From positions 78,629 through 142,628 of the forward strand of contig CAYPXF010000001.1 of NCBI GenBank assembly GCA_964415025.1: 64,000 nt of DNA, in the 5' to 3' direction. The stretch is from an uncultured Gammaproteobacteria bacterium (GTDB lineage Bacteria > Patescibacteriota > Patescibacteriia > UBA10025 > JAHIVO01). The position numbers were made by a program, and so were the translations under genes. Shown piece after piece: positions 17,511 through 27,178 of the stretch (position 1 is the first letter of the stretch; the number at the start of each line of letters is the position of its first letter). The notes beneath the pieces are model-generated. The model was not told where the DNA came from. It ran no database searches and saw nothing but the letters and a program-made list of their open reading frames with translations.

Positions 17511-17651
17511 AAATAAATACGTTTCATAAATATCGTTGTCGTTTACGTTGTCGCGGCGCGTACCGTTAATCGGTTACGTTGTACGGCCGATGAAATGAAA
17601 CCGCTAGACTAAACCGATACGAGCCGCGAAACCTAAATCCTCAAACGAAAA

Positions 17652-19409
17652 CTATTCTTCAGGCGGTATGCCGTAATAATTCAGCATAAATTTCGTTAAA
17701 TTACCGAAGAGCGGCGCGGCAGAAGACTCGGCCCACTGCACATCACGCGGTCGATTAATCCGTACGCACATAACAAAAGCCGGATCATCTGCCGGGGCAA
17801 ACCCGCAAAACGATCCAATGGTATGGTTGGGATCATAGCCCGGGCCGTCCTCGCGCGGGACCTGGGCCGTACCCGTCTTGCCGGCCACAAAATACCCGTC
17901 CACGCCGGCCCGGCTGCCGTGGCCGCTCTGCACCACATTGACAAGCATGGCACCCAATGTGGTAGCGGTTCTCTGGGTAATCGGTTGGCCGAGCACGGCT
18001 GGTTCTGTTTTGACACGGAATCCGTCCGGCTTAACAATTTCATCAACAATATACGGCCGCATCAGCTGGCCGCCGTTGGCAATCGCGCCAAAGGCGTTGG
18101 TCATTTGCAGGAGGGTCACTGAAATACCCTGGCCAAACGAACCGGTCGCCATATACAGCTCCTTATGCGAGGCTAACGACGACACGTCGCCATTTGCTTC
18201 TGAATTCAGCTCCAGATCATAGCTCTCTCCGAAGTGGAACGCCCGAACATATTCATCGAATTTTTCCGGACCGATCTGCCGGGCGGCGAAAATAACGCCG
18301 GTGTTGAGCGACTGTTCCAGTACCTGGGTCATGGTATTAATGCCGTGGGCTTTGCCATCGAAGTTTTTGATGGTATATTTTCCGATTTCCTCACTGCCGG
18401 TGTCTTCGTACGTTGTATTCGGACTGACCGCGCCTTCATTCAGGGCCGCGGCCATGGTAATGGGTTTGAAAACCGAGCCTGGCTCATAAATATAGTAGGT
18501 TGCCGGATTAATGTACACATTAATATCTTCTACCTCGTTATATTCATTGGGATTAAAATCAGGCGATCCGCATAGTGATTTCACTGCGCCCGTCTGTGGA
18601 TCCATGATGATAACGCTGCCGCTGTCCGCGCCGTGCTGGGCCACCCACTCGTTTAGCTGTTTACACGCCTCATACTGTATCGTATGGTCGACGGTTAAAA
18701 TAAGATTGTCGCCGTCTTGTGCCTCTTCCAGCAGTTTAGTTCCAAACGTGATCCACCGGCCCTGGGCATCTTTTTCTGCCTGTAAATAACCTTCTTCACC
18801 GGCTAATTCATCATTCCAATACTCTTCGAGTCCGTACTGCCCGACCCGAACATCGTTCTGCATCCCGACAAAACCGAGCAGATGAGAGGCGATATTATTT
18901 TCCGGATAATACCGGTATAGCTGTTCTTGGAATTTTATACCGGTAAATTCCAGCTGCTTGATTTCGTTCACTACTGTTTCATCCACCTGGCGTTTAAGAG
19001 GCTCGTACAAGTCATTTTCCTTGGTCAGCCGCGGTACTAGTTCAGCTTCCTCCAGCTCCAGAAGCGGGGCCAGTGCTTTGGCTACCATTTCCGGATTTTC
19101 TACGCGTTTGGGCTCGGCATAAACTAGATAATATGATTTATTCGTGGCCAGAGGGTAGAGTGTGCCTGGTGTGGCATGGTCTCGGACCAGTATTTCACCC
19201 CGTTTGGGCAGCAGCTTTTCAGACAATCCATGCTGGTCTGCGGCGATTGCTTCATAAAACGAATGCTGGAAAATTTGGATATCGCCCAGCCGGATGGCGA
19301 TCAGCGCGGCAAATATAAAAATAACCGCACGTAATACATCAATGCGGTCGAGCCGATGCTTCGGCTGTTTGTCCTGCTGTACGCGTGATCGGACGCGCCG
19401 ACTCGTCAT
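17652..19409 (-). CDS. ftsI: penicillin-binding protein / peptidoglycan D,D-transpeptidase FtsI
   Basis: N-terminal TM; SVFK (SxxK), SLN (SxN), KTGT motifs; dcw context. Confidence 0.85.
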   Translation of the reverse strand: MTSRRVRSRVQQDKQPKHRLDRIDVLRAVIFIFAALIAIRLGDIQIFQHSFYEAIAADQHGLSEKLLPKRGEILVRDHATPGTLYPLATNKSYYLVYAEPKRVENPEMVAKALAPLLELEEAELVPRLTKENDLYEPLKRQVDETVVNEIKQLEFTGIKFQEQLYRYYPENNIASHLLGFVGMQNDVRVGQYGLEEYWNDELAGEEGYLQAEKDAQGRWITFGTKLLEEAQDGDNLILTVDHTIQYEACKQLNEWVAQHGADSGSVIIMDPQTGAVKSLCGSPDFNPNEYNEVEDINVYINPATYYIYEPGSVFKPITMAAALNEGAVSPNTTYEDTGSEEIGKYTIKNFDGKAHGINTMTQVLEQSLNTGVIFAARQIGPEKFDEYVRAFHFGESYDLELNSEANGDVSSLASHKELYMATGSFGQGISVTLLQMTNAFGAIANGGQLMRPYIVDEIVKPDGFRVKTEPAVLGQPITQRTATTLGAMLVNVVQSGHGSRAGVDGYFVAGKTGTAQVPREDGPGYDPNHTIGSFCGFAPADDPAFVMCVRINRPRDVQWAESSAAPLFGNLTKFMLNYYGIPPEE

Positions 19410-19468
19410 AATATCTCAAGTGTTATCTACTTATTTTGAAAGTATACCAAAATATTACTGTATGTAAA

Positions 19469-19828
19469 CTACCGTACGGCCATAGCGGTATCGGCCGGGA
19501 CAATGTATTCCACGTCATTTGCTGCCACCATGTCCATATCTGCGGTGGCCTGTTCGATTACTGACAATGACTTAAGCTGGGCCGCCTGGAGTTCGAGCTG
19601 TTTATTTGCTTTTTCTAATGCGGTAATTTTATTTTCATATCCCTTGATATCAAATCCGCCGGTCGCCGTCTGGTTCACGAAAAATAAATAAGAAAAGCCG
19701 GCGAACACAATCAGGCATAATAAGACAATACTGAGGCTGATGCGGCTGACAGTAATGCGTTCTTTGATTTTTGTGTTGAGCTTGCTTGATTTGGCAGTAG
19801 TATACTGCTGGGACATGAATTTGGTCAT
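19469..19828 (-). CDS. ftsL: cell division protein FtsL-like (TM plus coiled coil)
   Basis: single TM, coiled-coil KITALEKANKQLELQAAQLKS; located between rsmH and ftsI. Confidence 0.5.
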   Translation of the reverse strand: MTKFMSQQYTTAKSSKLNTKIKERITVSRISLSIVLLCLIVFAGFSYLFFVNQTATGGFDIKGYENKITALEKANKQLELQAAQLKSLSVIEQATADMDMVAANDVEYIVPADTAMAVR

Positions 19829-19853
19829 GATTGGTTTTAGGTTTTATGTTTGG

Positions 19854-20813
19854 TTATATTTTTTCCGCTACGCGCAGTTTGGCGCTGCGGCTGCGTGGAT
19901 TAGTTTTTATTTCCTGCTCACCGGGCGTGATCGGTTTTTTCGTGATGACCCGTACAGTAGCCTGATGCCGGCAGCGGCATACTGGTATGTCCGGCGGGCA
20001 GACGCACTCCTGCGCCTGTTCTCGGAAATACCGCTTCACGATCCTGTCCTCCAGCGAGTGGAAACTGATGACTGCGATACGTCTACCGGGTGAAAGAACA
20101 TCGATCATGTCTGGCAAAGACTGCTGCAGTATGTTCAGTTCATCATTGACGGCGATGCGCAGTGCCTGAAATGTTTTTGTCGCCGGGTGAATACCGCCGA
20201 TCCACGGAACTTCTTTCGTGCTGCCGAGTACTTCCCGGTAGGCCAGGAGTATGGCCTGGACGAGCCTTTTTGTTTTTGTTATAGGTGCCTGTCGGCGGGC
20301 CACAATTATCTGATTTGTTATGGCGCGCGCCAGACGAGACTTTTCTTGACCATACTCCTGGATTATTTGGGTTAGCTTTATGTCAGGCCAGGTATTGACA
20401 ATATCTGCTGCGGTCAGCTCCTGGTGGACATCAAACCGCATATCAAGCGGTGCATCAGCTATCTGGAAAGAAAATCCTCGATCCGTATCTTCGAGCTCAA
20501 ATGATGATAAACCAAGGTCAAGTAAAATACCGCTAATTTTATTGCTAGAAAACTGTTCATTGTATATTTTTTTTATAGTATGGAAACTGCCGTGGGCAAG
20601 GGTAGCTCGATCCTGGAATTGGGACAGTCGACGCTGACTTTTCTGAAGCGCGACCTGGTCCCGGTCAATACCCAGCAGTTTTCCGTCCGGTGCCGTGTGC
20701 TTGAGTATAGTCTCGGCGTGTCCCCCGCCGCCGAGCGTACCGTCTATAAAATGCTGGCCTGGTTGGGGCTGTAATAATTCGATAACTTCGTTTAAAAGTA
20801 CCGGTGCATGCAT
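19854..20813 (-). CDS. rsmH: 16S rRNA (cytosine1402-N4)-methyltransferase RsmH/MraW
   Basis: HAPVLLNEVIELL...FIDGTLGGGGHAE N-terminus, DLGLSS motif. Confidence 0.9.
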   Translation of the reverse strand: MHAPVLLNEVIELLQPQPGQHFIDGTLGGGGHAETILKHTAPDGKLLGIDRDQVALQKSQRRLSQFQDRATLAHGSFHTIKKIYNEQFSSNKISGILLDLGLSSFELEDTDRGFSFQIADAPLDMRFDVHQELTAADIVNTWPDIKLTQIIQEYGQEKSRLARAITNQIIVARRQAPITKTKRLVQAILLAYREVLGSTKEVPWIGGIHPATKTFQALRIAVNDELNILQQSLPDMIDVLSPGRRIAVISFHSLEDRIVKRYFREQAQECVCPPDIPVCRCRHQATVRVITKKPITPGEQEIKTNPRSRSAKLRVAEKI

Positions 20814-20946
20814 AGATTAAATCCAAAAATTCGAATTTCGAAGCACGAAACAAACTCTAAATTATAAATTCAAATTTCTAAATTCGTGCTTATGGTGACC
20901 ATTTTGTCGAAGAACACTGCCAATAATATAAGATCAAAAACAACAA

Positions 20947-21414
20947 CTAAACCCCTAGGTCATCTAACGCCTCGGCAATATCACTTCCCTTTTTCTCCGT
21001 ACTGGTCTTATATTTATTCCAGGCGGCTTCATCCCAGATTTCCAGACGGTTATATAATCCAGCGATAACTGTTTTCTTTTTAATAGTGGCGTACGTGCGT
21101 AAATACTCCGGCACAATAATGCGGCCCTGCTTGTCTATTTCGCAATCCATAGCGCCGGCTAGCATCAGACGGGCAAAGGCACGGGTGTTAGCCTTGGAAA
21201 TAGGCAGCTTGGATAACTTTTCAGCGAGCGCTTCCCAATCCTTTTGCGGATACAAGAACAAACAGTTGTCCAGTCCCCTGGTCACTACTGCTCCCTTTGC
21301 CAGTTCATTACGAAATTTAACCGGAACAGCCAGTCTGCCTTTGCTGTCTATAGAATGATGGTACTCGCCGATGAACATTTGTTTGAATAAAAAATAGTCG
21401 CTAAAGTAGAGCAA
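20947..21414 (-). CDS. mraZ: transcriptional regulator MraZ (true start probably the ATG at 21378, giving MFIGEYHHSIDSKGRLAVP)
   Basis: two MraZ repeats, DSKGRLAVP and DKQGRIIVP; the ORF-track start is a TTG 36 nt upstream. Confidence 0.85.
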   Translation of the reverse strand: MLYFSDYFLFKQMFIGEYHHSIDSKGRLAVPVKFRNELAKGAVVTRGLDNCLFLYPQKDWEALAEKLSKLPISKANTRAFARLMLAGAMDCEIDKQGRIIVPEYLRTYATIKKKTVIAGLYNRLEIWDEAAWNKYKTSTEKKGSDIAEALDDLGV

Positions 21415-21422
21415 AGGGGTGT

Positions 21423-21464
21423 TTATCCACAGTTAGCCTGACTTATCCCCACATTTATCCACTT
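21423..21464 (+). promoter_or_regulatory. cluster of three DnaA-box-like 9-mers upstream of mraZ
   Basis: TTATCCACA (21423-21431, perfect), TTATCCCCA (21443-21451), TTATCCACT (21456-21464). Confidence 0.45.
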
Positions 21465-21638
21465 TTATACCCTTCTACTCCATTTTACACCACTTTCTGG
21501 GAAAAGTCAATCATGCCAATCCAAAAAACGCGTCTCCCCAGTTAATTTACCTACTAGGTAATAAATATGTCTATTCGTCAAATAAAAAACCGGACTACAG
21601 TCATAGCAGTCCGGTCAAAGTACGTGAGGGGTTGTGGG

Positions 21639-21971
21639 TCAGGTGAGCTGAGCAACAGCACCCAGAATGGCGCTGGTATGGATAGGCACTTCCTGTTCGT
21701 TAGGATGATATAGTTCACCACGCAATGGCAATGGCATCATGCCGGATCCTGAATTCAGCTGGTCATCACGGTTTATAATTGCCCGCAGTAGGTTATTCCA
21801 TTGGTCCGGCTTTACCACCAGTTCAATAGCTTTTACCGCCTGATTTGGGTCAGGGAAATCTACGGGAAATACCGGGTCACGCTTATTACCGGCGTGCTTT
21901 CTGAGCAAAACGCCCAATACTTCAATCCTATCAGGGTCTATCCCCATATACCATCTCCTTTCATTGCACAA
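21639..21971 (-). CDS. hypothetical protein (110 aa)
   Basis: ORF only. Confidence 0.35.
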   Translation of the reverse strand: MCNERRWYMGIDPDRIEVLGVLLRKHAGNKRDPVFPVDFPDPNQAVKAIELVVKPDQWNNLLRAIINRDDQLNSGSGMMPLPLRGELYHPNEQEVPIHTSAILGAVAQLT

Positions 21972-22150
21972 AGAGCTTATGATCTATTTTTATTAAATAT
22001 TACCATACATGGCTAAGCAGACTGTGGATAAGTATTATTATAATACGTTTGACCTACAGCACCCATCATATATAATGATGGTTAAGAGGGATAAAGGTCG
22101 ACACATTAATCAACTAAGGGAATTACCTAAATCAACTAAGGGAATTACCT

Positions 22151-22387
22151 ATGATTAAGAAAACGATACTTTTCGCTGTTATTACCATCCTTGTACTGAC
22201 AGGGGCGTTATTTTTAGTATTTAATACATCTGATCAAGCCGCAGCCAAAGCCGGCTTCAGAGATGAGCCAATTGAATGCTATTGGGAGTGCGTCGAATAT
22301 GATTTCGATGGCAATTGTGTCACTGAAGTAGAACGCTGCTGGGGACTAACCGGTGAAGTACGCATGGGCGGGGTGAATGTACGATAA
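22151..22387 (+). CDS. small secreted/membrane-anchored Cys-containing peptide (78 aa)
   Basis: N-terminal signal/TM, mature part has 4 Cys (CYWEC...C...C); strong terminator follows at 22409-22440. Confidence 0.45.
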   Translation: MIKKTILFAVITILVLTGALFLVFNTSDQAAAKAGFRDEPIECYWECVEYDFDGNCVTEVERCWGLTGEVRMGGVNVR

Positions 22388-22408
22388 TAGTCTGAATATT
22401 GCAGTAAA

Positions 22409-22440
22409 AAACCTCCTCCTCCATGAGGAGGTTTTATGTT
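22409..22440 (+). terminator. rho-independent terminator
   Basis: aacctcctcc-tccatg-aggaggttt plus T. Confidence 0.55.
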
Positions 22441-22536
22441 GACAAACTGTCGGATATTAAGTACGATGCTATATTGGCTTATTGAGCCATATAGTAGACG
22501 AAAGATCATTCACAATTACATACACAGAGGTGAAAC

Positions 22537-24018
22537 ATGCAGAATCTTTTCATACTGATCGTTATTGTGGCTGTGCTGCTGCTTGTCTCATGTGCTGGTT
22601 TTGTGCAAACCGGCACTGGTAGAAACGAGGATTCGCGTAAAAATTTGTACAGCAGAAGTCTTAGTTCGCTTCCGGCTGAGCAGCGTACGGCCTGGAAAGA
22701 ACTAAAAGAGTTCATGCGTATTGTCGACGACAGTACGTACAAACAGCTCGAACGTTTATCCGTTACTGAGGAAGCGGGTGAAATCGACAGTTTGGTCAAT
22801 GCGTTTTACAAACGCAAGGATCTGCAGTACAATCCTGAAACACCGGACACAAACGAGTGGCTCGGCGAGATGAAAAAAAGGATTGCCTACTGCAATGAAC
22901 ATTACGCCGGACCGGGGGTTATCGGCCGTCACTGGGACCCGCGGGCCAGAGCCACGTTGCTGCTCGGCATTCCGTTTATGGAGACTGAATTTGAATCATT
23001 CTGCGTCGGCCTGACCACCACCAGCAAAACCAAGTATTGTATGATTTACAAGCAGGAATTTGTTGACGGAACAACTTTTTACTACCAGGGACGGATCAGT
23101 GATCTGCATCCGGATAAAATGATTCCATTCAAGGAGCACGGAGCAGTGACCATAGACGACTTTTTAAGACAGAAAAGTTATACTGAATGGAAAGTCGGCC
23201 GTTTACAGGAACCGGAATTCAGCAACTTTCCTGACGGAAAAGAGCTGGAAATGGGGATCAGATTGTTCAGCTGTCCAGACACAACCGGTAATTTCGGTTT
23301 CTGGACTATTAGCGGTGTGTCGCTGAAAAAACTGCATCCGGACAGCGCAAATCAGCTCCGTTTCCATAGTGAAGTGGCCGTTTATACGGCCGGAAGAGAT
23401 CCGCAACTGGTATGCCAGTATAAAAGTCCGGTGTACACGCTGCCCGGCCATTTAGCTGACAACGGTAATGCAGTCTTTCCCATCCATCTCGGACGTATGC
23501 TGCCACCCGGCTACTACACGGCGTCTGTGTCGCTTTTCGAAGAGGGTACGGACAACAAAGCCGTATACTCGCTTGATGTTCAGCTGCCCTCCCAGTATGC
23601 TACCAACGGTTTCAGTGATCTACTGCTACTCCGTGACATCACGGACAAGCCGAAGAAAAACAGGATACGCCGATATGGCAGATCGATCCTGGCTGATGTG
23701 AATCTGGTATTCCAGCGCGGCGATACGATTCATACGTATTTCGACGCTATACTCCCCCGTGAAAATCTTAATTTTTCAGTGGTGGCAGTATTACACCGAA
23801 TTCCGAAGATGATCAATACACGTATCAGGCGAGACGACATTGATGGTACTATCATTTTCAATGAAAGATTCCGATCGCCAAATCAGCTTTTCCAGTTCGG
23901 CCAAAGCCTGGAAATACCCCGGAAAATTAAAACCGGGGATTATTTCCTGGCCCTCTTCATCCGTGATGTAAACCAGCAGGAATACGGCTACTGCTATACG
24001 CAGATCAAAATCGAGTAA
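22537..24018 (+). CDS. lipoprotein, hypothetical (493 aa)
   Basis: signal plus lipobox LLLVSC-A; no recognised catalytic motif. Confidence 0.55.
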   Translation: MQNLFILIVIVAVLLLVSCAGFVQTGTGRNEDSRKNLYSRSLSSLPAEQRTAWKELKEFMRIVDDSTYKQLERLSVTEEAGEIDSLVNAFYKRKDLQYNPETPDTNEWLGEMKKRIAYCNEHYAGPGVIGRHWDPRARATLLLGIPFMETEFESFCVGLTTTSKTKYCMIYKQEFVDGTTFYYQGRISDLHPDKMIPFKEHGAVTIDDFLRQKSYTEWKVGRLQEPEFSNFPDGKELEMGIRLFSCPDTTGNFGFWTISGVSLKKLHPDSANQLRFHSEVAVYTAGRDPQLVCQYKSPVYTLPGHLADNGNAVFPIHLGRMLPPGYYTASVSLFEEGTDNKAVYSLDVQLPSQYATNGFSDLLLLRDITDKPKKNRIRRYGRSILADVNLVFQRGDTIHTYFDAILPRENLNFSVVAVLHRIPKMINTRIRRDDIDGTIIFNERFRSPNQLFQFGQSLEIPRKIKTGDYFLALFIRDVNQQEYGYCYTQIKIE

Positions 24019-24040
24019 TTGTCCATTCGCACCTTCTACA

Positions 24041-24071
24041 CCCGCATTTCGCCAGAAGTGCGGGGTTTTTT
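24041..24071. terminator. bidirectional terminator between convergent genes
   Basis: cccgcatttcgcc-agaa-gtgcgggg plus T6. Confidence 0.55.
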
Positions 24072-24131
24072 ATCTGTGGATAAGTAGGTATTGACCTTCG
24101 GTTTTTGTTCGGTTATCCTTACAGTACTGTA

Positions 24132-24920
24132 TTATCCCCTTTTTATAGGCCAGGCTACCAGACTGATAATGCTCATTATAATCAAGCTAAGCGCGGCAAA
24201 AATTACTCCATAAGTCAGGAATCCGGCTGCTAAATAAATCGGATGTGTCAGCCACTCAATAATGGTCCAGGTAATCGGTATCTGCAACCATTGATCAAGT
24301 ACATATATGAGGTAAAACAATGCCGCCACACCAAACAAGCCGTAATACGTATATTTTAAGTCAGCGCGTGACGGAGCGGCATGTGAGCTCAAGGACAGCA
24401 TCAGAAAAATAAAGACATAGGTCTGCCATAGACCAAAATCAAACCGGCTGAATAAATCAGCTATATATGACCAGTACTGATTAAAATATGATCCCGTAAA
24501 GGCGAAGAAATTTTCCCAGCTGCTGAAATCGGCTGCTGCAGACTGGACCGCTGATACTTGTACCGCATACAGATCAGGCCACAGCCATTTGGTCAGCAGC
24601 CAGATAACCGCAGTTACGCCAAACAACGGTGCAATAGAAATAATAATATTTTTTATGGGGTTATGTGTCCGGGCATGCTGGACATAACCCAGCGTGGTAC
24701 CGGACGGCGCGAATAAGCGCACCTTATGCACCCGAGTAAAGGTAATAACACAGCCGACCAGATGCGACAACTCATGGATAATAACACCGGGCCACATGGT
24801 CGCCAAATACCAGCCCCTGCCCAGCCGCTTCAATACTAATCTATCCACCATCTGGGATAAAGCGTACAGAATCAGTATCTGTATGAGTAGCGGTAAAAAT
24901 AAATTAAGAATTGCTACCAT
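24132..24920 (-). CDS. integral membrane protein with HExxH motif (putative membrane metalloprotease)
   Basis: HELSHLVGC within a TM-rich protein. Confidence 0.45.
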   Translation of the reverse strand: MVAILNLFLPLLIQILILYALSQMVDRLVLKRLGRGWYLATMWPGVIIHELSHLVGCVITFTRVHKVRLFAPSGTTLGYVQHARTHNPIKNIIISIAPLFGVTAVIWLLTKWLWPDLYAVQVSAVQSAAADFSSWENFFAFTGSYFNQYWSYIADLFSRFDFGLWQTYVFIFLMLSLSSHAAPSRADLKYTYYGLFGVAALFYLIYVLDQWLQIPITWTIIEWLTHPIYLAAGFLTYGVIFAALSLIIMSIISLVAWPIKRG

Positions 24921-24958
24921 ATATATAACAGTATAGCGTAATAATTAAAAACAAAACA

Positions 24959-25576
24959 ATGACCACTATTCTGCCAAAAAAGAAACAGCAAATTCTCCAA
25001 TATTTGAAGGACTATATATCTGACCACGGCTATGCGCCCACGCTGACCGAAATTGCCCAGGAGTTTAATGTCTCCTCCCTAGCAACGGTACATGAACATT
25101 TACAGTTTTTGGAAAAACATAATTTTATCCAGCGAGATAAAGATCAAGCCCGCGGCATTACTATTCCCGAACTAGAACAGGAACAAACCGATGCCAATGC
25201 CGTGTCAGTGCCTGTGGTCGGCCTTATTACAGCCGGTGAACCCATCGAAGCTATCGAAAACCGAGATATGGAACTACCAGTACCAAAAGAGTTAGTCAAT
25301 GATAAGAATGCATACGTACTGAAAGTCAGCGGCGATTCCATGATAGAGTCCCTGATTGCGGACGGCGACTACGTCATCTGTGAAAAAACCGACTACGCCA
25401 AAAACGGCGATACGGTCGTAGCCCTGCTCGAGGACGGATCGGCCACACTGAAAAAATTCTTCAAGACTAAAAGCTACATCAGACTGCAGCCGGCCAATAA
25501 GAAATATAAACCACGGTACGAGAAAAACGTGATAGTCCAGGGTCGCGTGCTGGGTATTATCCGTAAGTTTGGGTAA
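24959..25576 (+). CDS. lexA: SOS repressor LexA
   Basis: N-terminal wHTH (LTEIAQEFNVSSLATVHEHLQFLEK), S24 peptidase Ser (GDSM) and Lys (TLKKF), cleavage-site region VGLITAGEP. Confidence 0.85.
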   Translation: MTTILPKKKQQILQYLKDYISDHGYAPTLTEIAQEFNVSSLATVHEHLQFLEKHNFIQRDKDQARGITIPELEQEQTDANAVSVPVVGLITAGEPIEAIENRDMELPVPKELVNDKNAYVLKVSGDSMIESLIADGDYVICEKTDYAKNGDTVVALLEDGSATLKKFFKTKSYIRLQPANKKYKPRYEKNVIVQGRVLGIIRKFG

Positions 25577-25950
25577 GAGTGGCCTTTTTTTCTAGTTCGC
25601 TGTAATCATTTCATCCCTGCTGGCATAGTAATGTTTATCTTGCCTTTTCTCAAGGTATATTACATTATCATAAGCAAATAAATAGTGCTGGTCAAAAAAT
25701 TTTACATTCTATATTCGGTTTTTGTTCGGCTTTAGATTAAAAAAACGAACCCTGTATTGATCAGCCCTTTTATCCCTTGCCCTATCGCTCCTATAACACA
25801 TATAAACCTGTAGCTCATATAGCACTTCTCAACCTATAAAAACTATAGCCCCTAATTAACTTTTTATCCTCACTCTTATCATTTTTAAGACCTAATCCCC
25901 TTTATCCCTTGTGTGGCCCTCTAACACTTTTAATTCCTCTTAATAACCAT

Positions 25951-27174
25951 ATGCCAAAAAAATCTTCTCCTACTAAAACAATCATGCACGTCGATCTGGA
26001 CGCGTTCTTTGCATCGGTCGAAGAAGCACTTGATCCGGCCCTGCGCAATAAGCCAGTGATAATCGGCGGCAATCCTAAAACACGCGGCGTAGTCGCCTGT
26101 CCCAATTACACGGCCCGAAACCGTGGCGTCAAAACGGCCATGCCCCTGTACCAGGCATATCGTCTGGCTCCGGATGCTGTCTTTCTCCAGGGATCATACC
26201 AGCGATACCAGGAATTTTCAGAACAGTTTTTCCGCATACTAAACCGGTATACTGATACCATCGAGCCTTTATCTTTAGATGAAGCGTTTATTGATCTGAC
26301 CGGATTTGATGACCACTATATTTCACCGGAACAGGCGGCTCATAGTATTCGTCAGGATATCCAGCGTGAACTCGAAATCACGGCGTCTGTCGGCATTGCC
26401 AGTAACAAGGTCACGGCTAAAGTTGCTAGCGAAACAAAAAAACCAAACGCAGTTGTCTACGTACCGCGCGGTAAGGAAGCGGTATTTCTGGCTCCCCTGC
26501 CTATCCGCCAGCTGCCGGGTATTGGCCCGCGGACTGCTGCATACCTGGGCCGAGAACACATCACCACAATCGGAGAGCTGGCATCACTATCTGCAAACAA
26601 AATTATCCATCTGTTTGGCCAGCAGGGATATAGGCTATGGCAGCTCGCCAACGGTCAGGATGACAGTGAAGTTACCGCGCCGGGTAAAGCAAAATCAATC
26701 TCCCGTTCTACGACCTTTCCCTTTGATACTGCTGATACGGCACTTATCAAATCCACGATGTTCTTCCTCCTCGAACAGATATGCAAAACATTACGTGACC
26801 GTGATGCATATGGTCACACACTAGTAGTTAAAATCCGCACACATGATTTCACTACCCGGACTAAACAATGCCGTTTAGCGCAGGGAACTAATCAATCTTA
26901 CGATTGTTATCGTCCTGCTGTCGCGCTGCTTCAGGATATACTCACCCATTCTAGCGATATCCGGCTAGTAGGGGTGGCCATGCATGATTTAGAATCTCAT
27001 ACGCACCAGACCACGCTGTTTGATAACTCCTTTACCAAACTGAAGCAGATCCAGCAGGCAGTGGATACTATCAGGAACCGTTTCGGTTTTACTGCTATGC
27101 ACTCCGGCCGGACTATCAAATATGCCGACGTATATCGGACTAAGCATTTCGCCCGGGATACCGCCTACGCATAA
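25951..27174 (+). CDS. dinB: DNA polymerase IV (Y-family) DinB
   Basis: MHVDLDAFFASVE, Y-family palm/fingers motifs; ATG at 25951 preferred over the ORF-track TTG at 25909. Confidence 0.9.
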   Translation: MPKKSSPTKTIMHVDLDAFFASVEEALDPALRNKPVIIGGNPKTRGVVACPNYTARNRGVKTAMPLYQAYRLAPDAVFLQGSYQRYQEFSEQFFRILNRYTDTIEPLSLDEAFIDLTGFDDHYISPEQAAHSIRQDIQRELEITASVGIASNKVTAKVASETKKPNAVVYVPRGKEAVFLAPLPIRQLPGIGPRTAAYLGREHITTIGELASLSANKIIHLFGQQGYRLWQLANGQDDSEVTAPGKAKSISRSTTFPFDTADTALIKSTMFFLLEQICKTLRDRDAYGHTLVVKIRTHDFTTRTKQCRLAQGTNQSYDCYRPAVALLQDILTHSSDIRLVGVAMHDLESHTHQTTLFDNSFTKLKQIQQAVDTIRNRFGFTAMHSGRTIKYADVYRTKHFARDTAYA

Positions 27175-27178
27175 AGCG

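Noticed and set aside
17501-17533. Tandem 17-bp duplication (aatacgtttcataaata x2) at the murF start
   Set aside because: Too short and AT-rich to interpret; it probably just reflects duplication of the start-codon context and is noted only as a curiosity.
21415-24090. Calling this region oriC on the basis of the DnaA boxes
   Set aside because: No dnaA/dnaN genes, no obvious AT-rich unwinding element, and the boxes are spread over promoters of different genes; reported only as candidate DnaA-regulated sites.
24097-24112. Exact 16-mer TTCGGTTTTTGTTCGG also present at 25714-25729 (upstream of dinB), considered as a LexA operator
   Set aside because: A single T-rich 16-mer recurrence is close to chance expectation for 64 kb on two strands and is not palindromic.
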